A DNA stretch of 60,674 nt from a virus, in the IMG/VR virus record IMGVR_UViG_3300003792_000001, one strand, 5' to 3'. Made by a program: the position numbers and the translations under genes. Position 1 is the stretch's first letter, and every line of letters begins with the position of its first letter. Under the pieces are notes generated by a model. That model was not told the origin of the DNA. It worked only from the letters and a program-made list of their open reading frames with translations, and did no database searches. Shown here piece by piece: positions 58,964 to 60,674 of the stretch.

Positions 58964-59257
58964 ATGACCTACCGCATCGAATTTCCAGATTTTGACCCGA
59001 CCACGATGCCCTCCATTCCGGAGGGCTTTGCTGACGTTTCTTGGCACAATGATGCCTGCCCATCCTTCCACAATGCGGCAATGGGGCTGGTTTTGTTTGT
59101 CGATTATGCCGACGCCCGCAATCGCGAATTCCCCGAAACGCCCCGCTTTCTCCTTTGCGCCTGCGATGCCGAAGGCGCCCCGGAGGATACGCTCCTCGCC
59201 ACCGAATATTGGGCCGAGGTGGTCGATGCGCTTTCCGAAGTCGGGGTGCAGGCATGA
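58964..59257 (+). CDS. Hypothetical protein (97 aa)
   Basis: ORF. Confidence 0.5.
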   Translation: MTYRIEFPDFDPTTMPSIPEGFADVSWHNDACPSFHNAAMGLVLFVDYADARNREFPETPRFLLCACDAEGAPEDTLLATEYWAEVVDALSEVGVQA

Positions 59258-59448
59258 AAGCCGCCGCCCTGATCGCATGGCGCGAGCGCCTGCATCTATC
59301 GCAAGCCGCCGCCGCAGCCCTCTTGGGGTGCGGCAGGCGGTCTGTTCAAGTGTGGGAGAGTGGCGTCAATCCGATCCCGAAATATATAGCCCTTGCCTGC
59401 GCGGCTGTGGCGCTCGGCATTTCGCCGCCGCCCGAATGGGAACGCTAA
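59254..59448 (+). CDS. Small XRE-type HTH protein (64 aa)
   Basis: WRERLHLSQAAAAALLGCGRRSVQVWESGVNPIPKYIALA. ATGA coupling. Confidence 0.55.
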   Translation: MKAAALIAWRERLHLSQAAAAALLGCGRRSVQVWESGVNPIPKYIALACAAVALGISPPPEWER

Positions 59449-59687
59449 GCATCGATCCGCGCGAATAGCTGCCCATCGCATTTGACGTTTTGCTTCATCA
59501 GTTCCACCCGGCGCGCAGCGTCGGCGTGATCGCGCGCCCAAAACTGGAACGAGAATTCAGTGTCGCCGTCCCGATAGCTGGCGGAAAAGGCGAACCATGC
59601 GACGCCATCATAGGTCGCCACGAATTCCTCGTCGGGCTCCTCGCGCTTTGCCCGCTCCCGGCACAGGTCGATGACAAAATCTGTCAT
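59445..59687 (-). CDS. Hypothetical protein (80 aa), convergent with the HTH gene
   Basis: The start is set at MTDFVID, with SD GAGGA upstream. The longer tracked ORF (to 60056) is rejected. Confidence 0.5.
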   Translation of the reverse strand: MTDFVIDLCRERAKREEPDEEFVATYDGVAWFAFSASYRDGDTEFSFQFWARDHADAARRVELMKQNVKCDGQLFARIDA

Positions 59688-59795
59688 GGTGCTTGATCCT
59701 CGATGCACGAATCGGTCCCGAATAGTAGGGCCAAATCGCGGAAATAAATCTTCTGTTTTTGTCCTTGACATCAATTTGCGTGATTTGCTTGCCGA

Positions 59796-59825
59796 TTGAC
59801 AGTCTGTGACCGAACACCATATAAA
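59796..59825 (+). promoter_or_regulatory. Near-consensus sigma70-type promoter (TTGACA-N18-TATAAA)
   Basis: ttgaca at 59796-59801 and tataaa at 59820-59825. A second ttgaca lies at 59765-59770. Confidence 0.5.
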
Positions 59826-59889
59826 GCTGCTATCTCCCGGACTTGCCACTACAGATCGACAGGAAGCCCGCCCTCGGGCGCCCCGACCC

Positions 59890-60267
59890 ATGGCCAAACT
59901 TCGTCTCCTGAAAGCAAATGTGGCGCCGCTTGCGCCCCGCATCGGCTTTGCCCCGGATGATGAGAAGGCGCGCGATAAGCAGCGCCGCACCCACCAGCCT
60001 TGGCGCCAATGGTACAACAGCAAGCGGTGGGCACGCCTGCGGCAGGCGGTATTCATCCGCGATGCCTATATCTGTCAGCGCACCGGGATTGTATGCATGG
60101 GCAAGAGCCCGGCACCGGATAGCGCGGTCGCCAACCACAAGACGCCGCATCGAGGAAACCCTCGGCTCTTTTGGGATATCAACAATATCGAGACGGTATC
60201 CAAGGAAGTCCACGACGGGCTGATCCAGCGCGAGGAGCAAGCGATCCCGCGCGGCCAATGGGATTGA
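59890..60267 (+). CDS. HNH endonuclease
   Basis: WARLRQAVFIRDAYICQRTG...ANHKTPHRGNPRLFWDINNIETVSKEVHD is a phage HNH pattern, of the type associated with packaging. Confidence 0.8.
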   Translation: MAKLRLLKANVAPLAPRIGFAPDDEKARDKQRRTHQPWRQWYNSKRWARLRQAVFIRDAYICQRTGIVCMGKSPAPDSAVANHKTPHRGNPRLFWDINNIETVSKEVHDGLIQREEQAIPRGQWD

Positions 60268-60273
60268 GGGAAT

Positions 60274-60426
60274 ATGGACCGCAAGAACCTTGCTCAGGTG
60301 GCCATCGTGCTCGCCATCCTTTTCGTGGCCTTGCTGATTGTAAGCTGCGCCCAGCGCGGCGCCGCCGATATCGATGACGCCACCGCTGCCGAAATGGCAA
60401 AGACCGTCCAGGGCCAACAGAAATGA
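60274..60426 (+). CDS. Small lipoprotein candidate (50 aa)
   Basis: Translated by hand: MDRKNLAQVAIVLAILFVALLIVSCAQRG..., with lipobox IVSC. Confidence 0.45.
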   Translation: MDRKNLAQVAIVLAILFVALLIVSCAQRGAADIDDATAAEMAKTVQGQQK

Positions 60427-60629
60427 ACGGGGAATGGCAAGGTGCCCAATGGGTGCTGGCTACCCTCCTTGCCGCAAGCGTGATCCTGCCGCCGCTGATC
60501 CGATACGGCGCGATCATGAACGGCTTCGAACCAAAGAATGATTGGCCCGATTTCTTCGGTCGCCGCCTGGCCGATCTGATTGCCAAAATGGTGTTGGTCG
60601 CGATCCTGATTTGGGGTGGTTTTTTCTGA
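60423..60629 (+). CDS. Small two-TM membrane protein (68 aa)
   Basis: ATGA coupling. WVLATLLAASVILPPLI and MVLVAILIWGGFF. The stop lies inside the terminal repeat. Confidence 0.5.
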   Translation: MNGEWQGAQWVLATLLAASVILPPLIRYGAIMNGFEPKNDWPDFFGRRLADLIAKMVLVAILIWGGFF

Positions 60630-60674
60630 GGGAGGGGGGGCATATCGATCTTCGAAAGCCCGCCGCCGTAGGGC
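60618..60674. repeat. Second copy of the 57-bp terminal direct repeat
   Basis: Identical to 1..57 by direct comparison. Confidence 0.95.

Noticed and set aside
59254-59687. Toxin-antitoxin pair (HTH protein plus 80-aa partner)
   Set aside because: The genes are convergent with a 4-nt overlap of their 3' ends, not co-transcribed. No toxin motif is recognisable.
59688-60056. Upstream extension of minus-strand ORF 59445-60056 (203 aa)
   Set aside because: It would run through the near-consensus promoter region and antisense to the HNH gene. The Met at 59687 has a good SD, and the sequence upstream is Arg/Ser/Cys-rich nonsense.

Overview
The window reads as a complete, circularly closed genome of a temperate tailed phage or prophage from a GC-rich host, probably an alphaproteobacterium. 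Its first 57 bp are identical to its last 57 bp, giving a unit length of about 60,617 bp. All family names below come from motifs I recognise by eye in the supplied translations. No database search was run.

Layout:
- 142-2506: accessory DNA-modification genes (ParB-like nuclease, methyltransferase, PLP enzyme).
- 2664-4053: a three-gene block on the minus strand.
- 4171-28322: a long plus-strand morphogenesis operon. It encodes TerS, TerL, a fused HK97-type protease-capsid protein, portal, connector proteins, major tail protein, chaperones, a tape measure with a lysozyme domain, a GTA-like distal tail (BR0599 and J-like hub) and fibres.
- 28344-30933: lysis cassette and membrane proteins.
- 31122-33017: integration module (Xis, attP with a tRNA-Gln 3' fragment, tyrosine integrase).
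- 33028-39882: minus-strand early operon (RecT and others) ending at a CI-like repressor.
- 40050-49377: plus-strand early operon. It encodes Cro-like and GcrA-like proteins, an MT-A70 methylase, a RuvC-like protein, a C5 methylase, a PAPS-reductase-like protein, a DUF1376-like protein, and DpdA-like plus YhhQ-like proteins.
- 49478-52557: minus-strand small genes, including repeated promoter/leader cassettes.
- 52711-60629: a second plus-strand block of small genes that ends with an HNH endonuclease.

Observations most worth a second look:
1. A stand-alone membrane protein in the lysis region resembles the ethylene-binding domain of ETR1.
2. A glycosyltransferase/methyltransferase cassette is wedged inside the head-tail joining genes.
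3. A DpdA-like/YhhQ-like pair sits with an unknown third gene. Three methyltransferases, a PAPS-reductase-like protein and a ParB-MTase-PLP trio are also present.
4. The J-like tail hub gene is split by an embedded small ORF next to a G_AAA_AAG slippery motif.
5. A triplicated promoter/5'-leader module drives small moron-like genes.
6. Paired dyad sites follow a putative late regulator.
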